Assembly: GCA_022605425.2 (NCBI GenBank)
Contig: CM061252.1
Location: 806,001-870,000 of the forward strand
Source of the DNA: Hamiltosporidium tvaerminnensis FI-OER-3-3
Lineage: Eukaryota; Fungi; Microsporidia
DNA length: 64,000 bases
Direction of reading: 5' to 3'
Both the position numbers and the translations under genes were made by a program. Positions 8,576-22,100 of the stretch are shown here, one piece after another. How positions within the stretch are numbered: the first letter of the stretch is position 1; every line of letters starts with the position of its first letter. The notes beneath the pieces are model-generated. The model was not told where the DNA came from. It saw only the letters and a program-made list of their open reading frames with translations, and did not search any database.

Positions 8576-9780
8576 TCTAATATAAAATTATGACTAAGAT
8601 TTTTAATTAAAATTTATTTTAAGCTAAGATCTTTAATAAAGCTTTTCAGAAAAAATATTATCTAAAACAAATATAGAATAAATTTAAGACATTTTTAAAC
8701 ATCCAAGGCTAGAATCTAGATTTAAGTCATTGATTTGGTTCTATTTTTATATTTTAGTTTTTATTGTAGAAAGTTTTAACATATTAAATCGTGCTCTAAT
8801 AAATTATAAATAAAAAAAATCTATTTTCTCTGTTTTTTAGATTTTGAGACTTGGACTCAATTAAAGTATATACTGGTTGCGTTGATTCCTTTCTTCTAAC
8901 TTCCTTAATAATACCTAAAACATTTTTATGAAACGACATATTGCTCTGAAACCTACATATTTTTATGTTTATACATTATAAATGAAATAATATGTTCTTG
9001 TTTATCTGTCTATCAATGCCAAATCAGGCAATTTCAATCATATCATGGTGTAACTAAGTAATATACAAACCAAATATTTTAGCTTGGTGATGCTTATTAC
9101 TAATAAGAGGTATAAGAAGTTTCAGTAGAATGTAAACCGACTTCATTATCTAAAATTAATTTTAAATGTTTCATCAAATTCATCTCCGTTGTATGAAGCT
9201 TTAAGCTTTAATGATAAGTTTTTAAAAAAAGATTTTTGTTCTAAATAGAAAGAGACAAGATTGAATATTAAACCAAACATATTTCAGTCTTATATATTTT
9301 TTATAATAAAATATGAATATTTGATAGTCAAATATTTAAAAATCATTAAAAAACATTAAAATACTCAAAAGATTTTGAATAAACTGACAATCAAATATAT
9401 AAAAAAATCTGAAATTTTTGAAGACAAAAAAATCATCTCGGTGCTTTTCGATACGAAAATCAAACATATATTGAGATATGTAGATTAAAAAATGCAATAT
9501 TTAAAAAAAATAATTTAAAAGTTATCCAAATAACATGATTAACATAAAATATTTATTTTATATTGTCAAGCCATATATAGAAAAAAAGTTTGGACACGAT
9601 CAATTAGATCGCATATTCAGATTAAAAGAATTCTAAATACTGAATTATTTAAATATTATAAGCGTTGGTTTTACTGATCGATAAAATTTATTTGAATCTA
9701 AAACCTGAATTTTTTAAACGTACCATTAATGCATAAACGAATTTTTTTGGAAAAAATATATTGATCAGTAAAAATATATA

Positions 9781-9783
9781 CCC
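9781..9783 (+). promoter_or_regulatory. Microsporidian CCC start-proximal motif (also at 386-389, 4909-4911, 19119-19122 minus, 26323-26325, 41442-41444, 45754-45756)
   Basis: CCC lies within ~15 nt of the start at seven loci in a C-poor background; a known feature of microsporidian genes. Confidence 0.75.
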
Positions 9784-11835
9784 ATGCATATTTTCGTTTT
9801 TTTGTACCACATATACATCTTTCTTGCTGAAATTAAAACGTCTCCAACTCGGAAAAAAGCGAGAACAGACGCTACTGAAGATGTCTCATGTGATAGTTCT
9901 GAACATGGTATTACAACAGAAAATTTTCATTGTTGTGGTTTCGAAAAAAAATTTTCTTCTGGAAGTGAACATACAGAATTAAATAAACGGAAGAAAGAAA
10001 CAGAAAAATTACTTTTTGAAGGAGAAGGAAGCGAAACATCTACTAATATTATAGATCATGATATTTTAAGAAATCGATTAATAAGTCTATCAGACAATAG
10101 TATGACAAGTGATAAACCAGAACCGAAAAACCCGTTGTCTCATTGTAAAGAAGAAAGTTTATTGACAATGGGTTATCCAGAACAGTCTTCTAAAGATCAT
10201 TCTACTCCCCCACACACCAAATTGCCATCTTTTCAAACAGTCTGTCCACAAAAGTTTTATAATCAACAACCTATAAAACCATATTTAGATGAATTAATAC
10301 CTCAAGAAGTAGTATTGCAGTTGCATGAAATTCCAAATAAAATTCCACCAGGGCTTGAAAATCTAGCAAATGATTCCACAAAAGACGAATGTTTTTATGA
10401 GAAGTTTAGTTATACCAATACAACCGACCCATACCCTTCTTATGTGAATAGAGAAAATCAGAATTCCGAGATTCCTACGAATTTGCGATTGCAACAAGAA
10501 AATACAGTAGCAAATAATCAGAAAATTTCGGCTGTAGAATTACTCAATCAAAACAAAACAAAAAAACATAAAATTAAATATAAATCTAAGAGTATCAAAT
10601 CTATAACGAAGTTATATTCAGATATAACAAGATGGAAATGTACTTCGGATGATTTGGAAGAATCAGTTTTAGTTTTACAGCAGGGACACGGGGCTGAATT
10701 TGAAGAGCAAGCTGTTTTGCCCAATTTTAAATCACATGAGCCAGTAATTTTATCATATCTTAAAAATAAGAATTCAAATTTCTATTCCAATGCCTTCATA
10801 AAAGAAAATGACTTCGAAGTGTTCTCAAAAAATTGTAAAATTATTGTAAAGTTCGAGAAGGATTCATATTTGAACTCAAGTACATCTGAAATAATGCAAA
10901 ATATACCAGACTATGACCTAAGTAAGTATTCAAAGGAACTTCAAAGTATACAAATACATATTTTTGTTCCAGAATTAAATTATATTCTGGAACTATTTAG
11001 AAATAATAATATTGAATCAATTCTAAGAGGACATGTTTTATTAGTGCATTATCAATATGAAATCATTAGGCTATTAAAGAATTTAATATTTGAAAAAAAT
11101 GAAGAAATCTATAAAAGACCTACTAATGAATTTGAAAGAAAAATATTGTTTAGTAAAAATAAGACAAAAACAAATTTAATGCACCAAAGAATATTCTTTC
11201 TCAGAATATTGATTTCAGATTTATTTAGTTCTTTTCGATTTGATACTAAAAAGATTGAAATATACAGAATTTTAAATTTAATACATCATTGTTCGGTATT
11301 TTACGGTGCTACACAGTCATATTTTAAAAAAACTTGTTTTAATCTACAAGTACGGTTTATATTTAGATTTATATTTGATTCTGGAATAAGTTTGGATAAC
11401 TATGAAAATGATTTTATGGAAGTTATTAAAGCAGAAGATCAAAATCAAAATATATTTTTGCAACTTCAGAATCGGTTTTTAGTACTATTTAATGATTATT
11501 TTTGTAACGCTATTTATATTGACAAGGTTTTAAATATTATTGACACATATACGAGTTATATTAGTTGGAAAAATAAAGAATTTAAAATAGTAAAAAAAAT
11601 CAAAGAACTAAAAAGCACTATATCTAACATAAAGACGACTGAATGTACGGATTCAAATAAAATTGAGCTTACAAAAATATTCCTAGAATTAGAATATAGA
11701 ATAAGTCACATAGAGATTAAAGTTTTATCGATTTCAATTTTTTGGATACCTTCTTATGACAAAGATGGTTATGAAATGGCTCTCATTAAAATAAAAAAAG
11801 TTTTTGAAAAAATTATAATCGCTAGCAATAAATAA
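9784..11835 (+). CDS. Lineage-specific putative secreted protein (683 aa): signal peptide, basic NLS-like motifs, disordered region, helical C-terminal domain
   Basis: CCC directly before ATG; hydrophobic N-terminus MHIFVFLYHIYIFLA; RKKAR and KRKKE; clear paralog at 26330-28247. Confidence 0.85.
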   Translation: MHIFVFLYHIYIFLAEIKTSPTRKKARTDATEDVSCDSSEHGITTENFHCCGFEKKFSSGSEHTELNKRKKETEKLLFEGEGSETSTNIIDHDILRNRLISLSDNSMTSDKPEPKNPLSHCKEESLLTMGYPEQSSKDHSTPPHTKLPSFQTVCPQKFYNQQPIKPYLDELIPQEVVLQLHEIPNKIPPGLENLANDSTKDECFYEKFSYTNTTDPYPSYVNRENQNSEIPTNLRLQQENTVANNQKISAVELLNQNKTKKHKIKYKSKSIKSITKLYSDITRWKCTSDDLEESVLVLQQGHGAEFEEQAVLPNFKSHEPVILSYLKNKNSNFYSNAFIKENDFEVFSKNCKIIVKFEKDSYLNSSTSEIMQNIPDYDLSKYSKELQSIQIHIFVPELNYILELFRNNNIESILRGHVLLVHYQYEIIRLLKNLIFEKNEEIYKRPTNEFERKILFSKNKTKTNLMHQRIFFLRILISDLFSSFRFDTKKIEIYRILNLIHHCSVFYGATQSYFKKTCFNLQVRFIFRFIFDSGISLDNYENDFMEVIKAEDQNQNIFLQLQNRFLVLFNDYFCNAIYIDKVLNIIDTYTSYISWKNKEFKIVKKIKELKSTISNIKTTECTDSNKIELTKIFLELEYRISHIEIKVLSISIFWIPSYDKDGYEMALIKIKKVFEKIIIASNK

Positions 11836-12204
11836 AAAAAATTTAAGCCTTGTTTTTTCTTAATTTTTTTTTGGTATTTTGTACTTCTATTTTTTCGTAA
11901 GCCGCGTAGTTATTTTGCTATTTGTTTCCAAATTAATCTCGTTTTATTCTTCCTTTGGTTTATGCAGCTCCGAACCCCATCAAAATATTAAATTCTAATA
12001 GTATTGCTACGCATGAAAATATATTTTCTTCTTTAAATTTTTTCTAGCAACGGATCCTATTATGTAATCTGAACGGCTGTCCTTTAAATATTCTTGATTC
12101 GATATTTGAATCATTTAGTTAAACAAAAGATAATTATTGGGATGGTCACCTTCCACTAAAAAGTACTATTGGTTTTAGTATAATTACACGAAAGAATATT
12201 ATTG

Positions 12205-12243
12205 AAAATTTACACACTAAATAAAATTTAGTGTGTAAATTTT
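12205..12243. repeat. Perfect 18-bp inverted repeat with 3-nt loop
   Basis: aaaatttacacactaaat-aaa-atttagtgtgtaaatttt. Confidence 0.9.
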
Positions 12244-12466
12244 AAATAATTTTTATGCTATAGGCACTAATATATTAAATACGTCAGAGTATTGACAATA
12301 TTTCAAAAACCACTGTATTATTTAGTCTCAAAAAAAAAAAGAAATATTTTTCAAATAACTTAAAAGTTCTTTTTGTTTTGTTTTACCTGGAATTAAAATA
12401 TTAATCGAATATTACCACAAGAGAAATATACAAATATTTTCTGTTAAATAATTTATATTTTTGAAG

Positions 12467-15400
12467 ATATCGTAGAAAGAAAAAAAATTGACAACAAAAA
12501 TATAAAAAGGAAAATTTAAGGCTGTACAAACTCGAAAATTCGTTTAGAAAAAATTAAAGGTTTAGGATTTAGATATAGTAACCACATCCGAAAGGTTTCC
12601 ACTGCAACCAGCCATCCATATCAGTACCAACTTAACATCAAAAAATACTTGCTAAGCTACTGCGATCTGCTCGCTTGAAAAAAACACTCGACCTCCTGTT
12701 TCGATTCGTCCGCTTATAGACCAGCCCATACCATGATAGCCCAAATACTACTGCTATTTTAAAGAAAACCGATTTAGAGTATTATATTATATAATTGACT
12801 TTGCCACAGCCATAGAGCAAAAATCGCCTAGATATGCGATACTAGCTGTGCAAAAGAGATTTGAGAGAATGCCCAGAAATATACGATCCGTAATTCTTAG
12901 GTACTATATTAGGAAATTCTGCCGTTTTGTTAAAATCAAAGTTTTTTTTAAATTCGCACAGAATGAGGCAAAAACAAAAATAAGGCAAGAAGAGCATGAA
13001 GAACAAAGTATAATCGCCACCTGTCTCACCGAACCTTGTATATCAACTGACACAGAACTCTATATTAAGATCAGAGAGATGGTTTGTGTACAGTCACGAA
13101 AAAATCTTAAGAAGACAGAAGATTTCGTGGTTCAGGCTGGAAAATAACCAAGGAATTGGTTAAAAGGTAAAGTTTTAAGCATCATTGATCGCATCACAAG
13201 TAAATATGCCGAATATCACTTGTCTAAAACTTTTACTAATGTGGTTCGAATATTTCAGGCGATCCAGGTATATGGTTTCATCAAAACCCCAGGCAAAAGC
13301 GAGATTTGATTTAATGAATAACAAAAAAAATATATTTTTCAGCTATTACGTTTAAAGATCTTCTCAAGACAACTCGAGAACAAAAAAAAACTTTCTGCTT
13401 TAGCCACGGAAGGAACAAGAAAATCTTTCGAGCGGTTTATTCGACCTTGAGTGATTAACTGATCTTTCCAGGGCTTTAGTCAAAAAACAGATAGCTTTAT
13501 ATATTTTTGGGGAAAAAACATATAATGAAGAAGAGTAAAAACTAATTTCGTAAAGATCATCGTATGTTAGAGTATTTCCGAGTTCGATTTTATCGAGGAT
13601 TGACTAAGCGTGTATAACCTAAGCCTTCTTATAAAATTTCAAAAATTTTAAAAAAGTTATCTACAGTTTGCATATAAAGATGAAGTAATATTGTAGAATA
13701 GTACTTTTTTACATATCCTGTCAAATACTCATTAGACTATGTTTTCGTCGCTTAATTTTTTTTTAGATATTTCCAATTTTATGCCCAACGGAAATGCTGC
13801 TAGAATTGATATTATTTACACTTTCTACATCAAGAAACTTACGAGTCTTCATAAATATCTTTATGGTATTGTAAAAGTCATTTGTTTAGAAAGAACGTCC
13901 AAAGTCGACTAGTATTATGAAAACTCAATTATCAAAAACCTAAATGTAAACCAAGACCTGCTATGTTTGCCGGTGATTTACCTTTTTGTCGAGTTTATAC
14001 AAGCGGCAAAAAAATTTGGTACGAAGTTTTACAGCAGAAGAAAAAATACGAGGACTAATCCAGATAAGTAGTCGGGAGCAGTTAGAAAAGTGCATCGAGC
14101 CCGGAAGGGCTATGTCTATATGGCCTCCAATAAATAATATAGACACATTTTTAGGGAAAAACTTTATATAGAAAGCTTATTATTTAATAGATCCTGCATA
14201 TTTGACTCGATGCAATGCAAACTCAATTTAACAAACGGAATTCTATATTTATAAAGAAAATTATAACAAAATGTACAATCTAGCTTTCGGGATGGTCTCA
14301 AAAATTTATACACTAAAAATTGACAGAGCGATTGATTATGCAGAACCATAGTCTATCACTGTTAATGTTTGTTTTATTTATTGATCTAGTAAACAGAAAA
14401 CTTAATAAGAAATACTCAAAAGTGACAATACAAACAAGGGTTGTCTCTTACTCTACTACTATCTCTTATTCTAAAAGATATAATGTAACTTGCTAAAGAT
14501 AGAAAACATTCAAACAGATGACTGAAAAAGTAAAAAAGTATAAAGTCAACATAGAATTGGATATCTACAATGAGATCACTCAAAAACGATCTTGAGTGTG
14601 AATATACGGTTTCTCTTCTTGGAAAAATAGGTTTTTGAAAATACCTTGGAATAGAAAAAAGGCAGAGAAATCGCAGAACGTAATTCATTTAATGAAGACA
14701 GGCAAAACTTATAGCCCGAGTAGAGCCTTTCAGATCAACGAAATTAAAAATAAGAAATCTATTTCAAGCCATTGACCAATATTTATTTATTTACTGAACT
14801 ATTATATAGGTGCATATGAGTGAAACCACCAGACTTTTCAAAGTTAAATGCATACAGTACTTGTGGTCTTGGTAAAGAATAATATACAGCTCAAGCCATA
14901 GTATTAAGAACATTCATAACACCATTGTAAATAACCTAGAAGTATTTTACGTAGTGCTAAGTTCAAATGCCAACATATGCTTTTGCAACTCGTGGATTGC
15001 CTTGGAAAACCTAGAGATACATCTACGAAAAGAACAGCATTTCTAACGTTAGGAACAATAATAAAACCCACTTTGACCATTAAAATGCTTTTTAAAAGTA
15101 GAATACGGGTGAAAGAGAAAGTCACAACGAAGAAATCAGAAGAAGATCTACTGGCTAACTTATATACGAAATCAAAAACGAAAACCAAATTCAAGGTTAT
15201 AGCATATGGAAATAACAAGCTGGTGATTTACAATGACTCCTCGAAATTTGCGAGAAAAGGAAGATTAATACCACGGGAAGAAGCCGTGTTCTGCTATATA
15301 TAGAATAGAAATCTATTCTAGGGAGCAAAGGTGTTAATCAACACTGCAAAACCTTTAGAAAAACAGTATTCTATTTAGAAACGACATATAAAAAAATTCT

Positions 15401-16190
15401 TCGCCATGACTATGCCCGACGAAATAAGAAGATCGTACGATGCAGACAGTTAATCCCACTATTTTGATATCGTTTTTAATCTCTTAACTTATTTAAGCCA
15501 CCCATTCAAAAATTTTTTAATAACGAGTGTTCAGATTTAAGAATCAAATTTAGAATTAAACTTATTTGGAAATTCGAAATAATAGACTTTACATATTTTT
15601 TCTAGATAAGAAAAAAGATTGAATAACACGCATTAGAAGTTGAATTGCTTCCTGAGACTAACTTAAAATATTTTAAGCAGAGAAGCTTAAAAGGTATGAC
15701 TTGTTATAAATTAAGTTAGGTCTAATGTATAAAGGCAGTGTGGAAATAATTCCATATATGATGAACTAGGGCGGTATTGTGACAAAATTAATACGATGTA
15801 TCTTAGAAGATTAGAAATATTCATGAATGTAGAAAAATATATATAATCCACACCACACAAGAAGAAGTCGAAATAAGTTCCTTTGATCGACGAAGAGAGC
15901 TTGAGTGAGGACTAAATGCCAACGAGCTAGGATAAAGCATTATTAGGTGTTATTTTGGAACATGAGATACACATGCAACCAATATTAGTACATTAAAAGT
16001 TAAAACAAGTAAGATGGTATTAAGCAAGTAAATATAAAAAATAGTTTACCTCTTATTATAGATGACGTAATCACCGTGAGGGAACCTGAAATAATGTAAA
16101 TTAAGAATCTGATTCGACAGAATTTAGGTGAAGCAATCATTTGAAAAGGAGGAAAATTTCTAATTCGGTTTTTAGTCAAATTAATAAATT
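12467..16190 (+). mobile_element. Degenerate full-length copy of the RLE non-LTR retrotransposon family
   Basis: Colinear fragments of the intact ORF: cgtagaaagaaaaa (start-like), QKRFERMPRN, IATCLTEPC..TDT, MLLQLVDCLGKPRDTSTKR, PREEAVFCYI, EIIPYMM..GIVTK, SFDRRR. Many stops and frameshifts. Ends approximate. Confidence 0.92.
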
Positions 16191-17410
16191 TTTGAAGGAT
16201 TTAAAAATTTGATATAAAACCGAAAAAGTATATTCGAAGTTCTAGAAAAAGCATAAAAAGACCCAAATAAGATTTGTAAGCCAGAAATACTTAGAAAACA
16301 TATAAGGGTTTCCACACTTAAAATATGTTACTCTTTCAAAAAAATCAATCACCACCAAGAAAAAAACACATATTATACTTTATAAATCAGAATATTATCT
16401 TAAAAGAAAATAGATTTTTAAAATGTAAAAACATCATAAAATTATCCAAATTTCTAATGTTTAGTAATATAATTTTTACATGATTTTTACCGTTTATTAA
16501 TTTTTTTAATGGTTTTTTGTACTTTTTAGCAAATAGTATACTATCGATTTTAACCTAACTAACATTATCCTATCTAAAATTAATAAAAACTTACAATAAA
16601 TTTATATAAGAATAAAAAAGAAACTATAAAAAAAACAAGATTGAAAAGTAAATAGAAGTAAAGGAATAATAAATCCTGAAAATCAAATCCCTTCTAAATT
16701 TGTATTATCAACGTTGATTTTTTTTATAGTAATATAAAAAATCAAAAATATTTGGGAAATTATATATATGAGCTAATTTCAATAAGTATTAATATCATAT
16801 ATACTATACCGGTTGTAATTATTAAAGATATACTTTACAAATTATTACAAAATTTTTAAAATAAAAAAACTATAAAAAAACGAATACTAAATAGTTCTAT
16901 TTATTCTGAACATTATAAACATAAATTGATGACTTTTAAAATGTGTTTAATTCTTGAAATACTACTATTTAATAAGAACATGGATTTACAAACAAAGACA
17001 TTTCATATTGAGTTAAAATTCTAAAGAAGGAACTAAGTATTGATAAAAATTCTAATATTTTTTAAATATAAATATTTTAATAAACTTTGAATATTTTATT
17101 AAATAAAAAATTGCAGATGTATTTTGGTGTAATCAACAATGCCGAACACTTACTATTAGAAAGTTTAAAATCACAAGCAACTGATATCGAAAAGCAAAAA
17201 TAATTTAATATTTAAAACAATTTAGAAATATATTTTTTGAGGTAAAAATAACACTTAAGTAAACAATTTATTAATTCCTTATACATTGTAAGTTATGTAA
17301 ATATATTTTTTACCTTATAAATTAGAATTTATTAAAGAGAATTTCGAAGTTTTTATTTTAAAATCGCAATAATGCAAGAAATGAAAAAAATTCAAATAAA
17401 AAATCTTTAT

Positions 17411-19118
17411 TTACCTTTTTTTGTAAATATACCAATATACGCCCAAAAGAACACCACCAATAAAAACGATTGGTATTAAAACAAACAGCAAAAAATCTTT
17501 AATACCGAATTCTTTCGACTCATTCTTGTTATCAGAAGTTGGGGCTTTGGTTACCGGAATTATAAAAATATTTTTTCTCTCTTCAGGGCTAAGCCTTGAA
17601 AATTCTTGTTTAAAAACATAAAAAAAGATATTTTCTTCATTATCAAAAAGACTCTTCTTGAATTTTTGTTTGTTTTCGTTGCAATATATTTTGTATCGTT
17701 TGTTATAATTATCTTTCCAACTGGAATTAGTAAATAACTCTACAGAAATAAAAGTTTTCAATATACTGGATGTTTGAGGTAATAAACAACAATTTAAATT
17801 ATTTAAAGCCAGGTTTTTATCGTATTCTATGTGCTGTTCATCAAGATACTTTTTTATGAATCCTAAAAATTTGGCTTTATGTGTATTTATAGCAGAAGCA
17901 TTTTTATTTTCATTTTCAAATTCTATCTTCAAAACATCTGCAAGAAATAAAATTTCAATAATGCTTCGGAGCTTTTTAAGTTTGCATGTAACTATTGTTT
18001 CAAAACAAAACGCCTTCAAACAAAGTACTACTGATATATATTCATGGTATTCTGTTTTAGAGATGTTTTTCAAAAAAACGTATAAAGCATTTATATAGTT
18101 AATCTCTTTTCTTTCTACAATATATTCAATAAATTTTAAAGAGCTGTTTGAATCCCCTGCTTCGATATTAGATAGATCTTCCTTGCCACTGAATTTGTAT
18201 ATTTCTTTAAAATCGTCTTTCACTTTTAAAATTTTTCTGAAAATCGGCTCAGAAATATATTCGGTGAGTTTTTTTATAAGATTCTAACCCTATATTCTTA
18301 AAAGATTTATGTATATATGAGATAGCTGGCATAAAAATTTTATAAATGTCATATGCAGTGGTTATCTCTTTTTTGATTAAAGATTCCGGTGTAAAGATTT
18401 CATTTTTTTTGCCCAAAAGAAACATACACTTTAGACCTAAGAAAAAACTGAAATGATGTTCATGCGTTGCATAAACTAGAAAACTGTCAAATACAAAAGA
18501 ATCTAATCCATCGGTTTTTTTTTCCAAAACAATATTCTCTAGCACAGCTATATCTATTTTATTATTTCGGTTTGAGCTATTTTCGATATTTGTACATATT
18601 TCAGGGTATATTCTTTTTAATGAATCATAATGCTGTTTCCACCACTCATCGTCATCACAAGTGTCTTCTTGTAATCTAAATGTTATGAGTTTTACTGAAA
18701 TATCTTTAATATTCGATATCATGTCTTTATCTTTTTTGCAAAATTCAAAAAATTTCTTAAAAGTAATCAGATTAAACAAAAATTCTGGTCTATATCTTTT
18801 TATATCAACTTCAGTATTACGATATGCAAAGTAACAAATCCAAGTTGTAATATAAGCTAAGAATGTATCTGTTTCATTGTTTGTATATTCTTGTATTTTT
18901 TTATAATAAAAGCTTGTGATTTTAATCATTTCTTCTTTCCTTTCGTCTTCAATGTCGAGTCCTAACTTATCAAAACATTTTTTCACTTGATCATCGGCTC
19001 CGATTTCATAAGATATTTCCAAATAATTGTTATCTATAGCTAGTGAATCTGCTAAAATATCTGTATATTTAAATTCCGATGCACATATTATTTTACAAAT
19101 AAAAATAAAAAAATTCAT
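17411..19118 (-). CDS. Putative type I membrane/surface protein split by one +1 frameshift in an A7 run (fused ~568 aa); pseudogene or assembly error
   Basis: CCCC directly before ATG (19119-19122, minus strand); signal-like MNFFIFICKIICA; C-terminal TM FLLFVLIPIVFIGGVLLGVYWYIYKKR. Removing one base from the T7 run at 18269-18275 joins ORFs 18249..19118 and 17411..18223 (YKKLTEYISEPIFRKILKVKDDF). Confidence 0.8.
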
Positions 19119-22100
19119 GGGGATATAATATTTTCAACTTATATATTTGATAATTTGTCTAAAAATAGTAAATTTTTTTTTCAAATAATTAACTAAAAAT
19201 AGAATAACATTTTTTTTTCAAACAATTTTCGTCTTTCTATTGGTCTTTTATAAAATTTTGATCAACTAAAGTTTTTTGGTAAATTTGTAATCTGATTTAT
19301 CATCTCATTTGATCAATAAAAATATTGTAACAAATTATCATGGTTTTATTTGTTCAAACAAACAGTATTAAACATACAAATATCTTTTCATCGTAAAATT
19401 TTTAGAAATTATTTAATCATAAAAATATAAAATAGAAAGTTTTTTTTGGTAGTTTTATAAACGAAGGATAGTTTTTCCTGGTTTAGTTAAAACTTTCAAA
19501 TCTTTGATTTTATACAAATATTTGTAATTTTAAAAAATGAAACTTACAGCTTTATTTAAAAAATTATTTCTTGTGAACTCAAAAATTATACGAACAACTA
19601 TAAAAATAAATTAGAAAAAAAAATTTATGATTGTTTCAACGGATTCAAAATCTCTTGATTTAGCTTATATAATTGCAATATCATGATTTATTTAGAGCTG
19701 ATAATTAAATTATTGAATCAAATGATTAATCATTTTATAATTTAACAAAAATATAATTTTTTTATTTAAAAGGGGGTAATCAATATTTTATTTGGTTAAT
19801 TTTACTTTTTTTTTATTGGATCTTAAATGTAGAAAAATATTTTCTGATTAATTTGATAAATATGTATATTTAAATATAGATTGAAATTATTCAATATTTT
19901 TTTTCTTGTATTATGGCTTTTCATAAGACGTAAACGATTTTATTCTTACTAAGAAAATATATCATCAAAAAAAACACATTTTTTAATCAAAAAGATATTT
20001 TTTGTAATAAATTATTTTACCATAAAATAACAAAATATGAAACATTTTTTTAATAATTTCTTGTTATATTTGGTATTAAAATATGGTTTAAATATAAAAC
20101 TAAAATGATCTTTTATTTTTGTTTAATTTAGTCCAAAATATGAACATAAAGCCAAAATAGCAACAAACAAGTCTCAATCGTACATAATAGGCGTGATATA
20201 TCTAGAGATTGAATTATTTTGCATATTTACGTAAGAAGTATTAGAATGCAATTAAAAAATCAAAAAGTATAGAAATATTCGAAAGTTAACCAACATACTT
20301 ATGATAAGTTTTTAAAAAATAAGTTAAATTAATTTAAAAATAGAAAATTCTATTATTTTCTTATTTGTAAATTTATCGAATGTTTTTCCGGTGTAATTAC
20401 CATTTCGATGCTATTTTTTAATATTTTTTACAAGAAACTTTCCATAGCATAACATATATCGTAGAGTAAATAATACTTTCTATTTTAATGTAATCAGAAT
20501 TTCGTTTTTCGCATTCTTCGGAATCTTTCGACGCAGATTTCGTTTATTTTAAACAAAAGGTCATTGTATTTATTACTTTGATTGTTGTAAAACGTTTCAT
20601 ATGTTGAACCGCAGGATGTCAAAAAAATACTTGATTTTTAATTCAGAAGTTTTCTTGCAAAAAAATATCTCAATATTATTTAGTTATATCTGTTTTGCTC
20701 GTACTTAAACCAGGAAAAAAATTGATAATAGTTTCTGGATTTGATATTATTTACTGGAGTTTCAGAAAGTGTTCTTTTCATAAGCAATTGTCGATTCAAC
20801 TGTTATATTTTTAAAAAGGAATAAAACAGAATATTATGCTCCAGTTCGAATAAACTTTTTTCACGGTTCAATAGATCTTTACAACAATTTCTCGTTGCTT
20901 TAACATTAGTTATATACTACATATTTAAACATATTTGATTAATTCTTAAGTACTTTCTAGTCTTAAATATTTCAGTTTTATACATTAAAACAAACCTTCT
21001 TATTAAATTTCTATCTGAGAAAATATTAAAAAAATATTTGATCATTGCTGACATAAATTTGAATTTAGAGGCTATAAATCAAGAAAATGGATAATCTAGA
21101 AAGGATCTACTTATCAAACAGATACAGAAATTCCGAAATCTCGAATCTGAAAAAAAATAAGAAATATTAAAATTTAATAAGAATATAACAAAGTAAAATT
21201 CCAAGACGAATCAATTAAAAATGATCGAAAATCTAGATCAAAGAAATGATAGTTAATACCAGCCCAACCCGAATCTTTTTCGTTCTGTACATTCTCTTGA
21301 AAATTTTCTTAAATGAAAGTTCGAATGATAACAATAGAATTTTTAGTGATTCATTGGAATAAAAAGAATGCCAAGGCTTCTGGTTATTAATGAAGGAGCA
21401 CAAAAACATTCTATTATTTATTAAAATATGAATTAAGTAAAAATCGAAATCGATGAGAAACGAATCCTATTATTTATAAGACCAAATTTTTGTTCAGAAA
21501 CCAAAAAAACTTATATATTACGGCCTTTTGTACCTCGCAGTATTTAAGAAAACTAAAAAAATTTACAGACTTTATAAGCCTTTGAATGTTTTGAAGAATC
21601 CTATAAATTTGGATTTTGCAAATGAAATATATAAAGTCGAATTAATAGATTATTACTTCTTTGTATTGAATCCCTCTATGATTTTTGTATTATTTACTAG
21701 AGACAAAGATAAAAACATTTTATTTAGGTATTATAAATTTTTAAAGATAGATTTTATTACAATGCGTATATTTAATTTCAGCAAGGAAAAATCATTAACA
21801 TATACGCATATTTCTTAAATTATTTTTTTTGATTTTATATGGCGCAAATAATATACTACATTTTTCTTATCTTTCTTATTATTTTTGCTTTCTAGAGGTT
21901 ACTCTCCTTTTCTATGGTAGATAATCCGAAATATCCGTTGAATTCCAAAAAGCGTAATATTTCTTTTTGCAAAATAAAAATTATATGAGTGTAAAAACTG
22001 TACATTAAAGTTTTTAAACTATGTAAATGATTTCAATTTAATTGTTACCAGATGCTCAGGGACTTATGTAATTTTTTTGGAACAAATAGAAAAAAATAGA

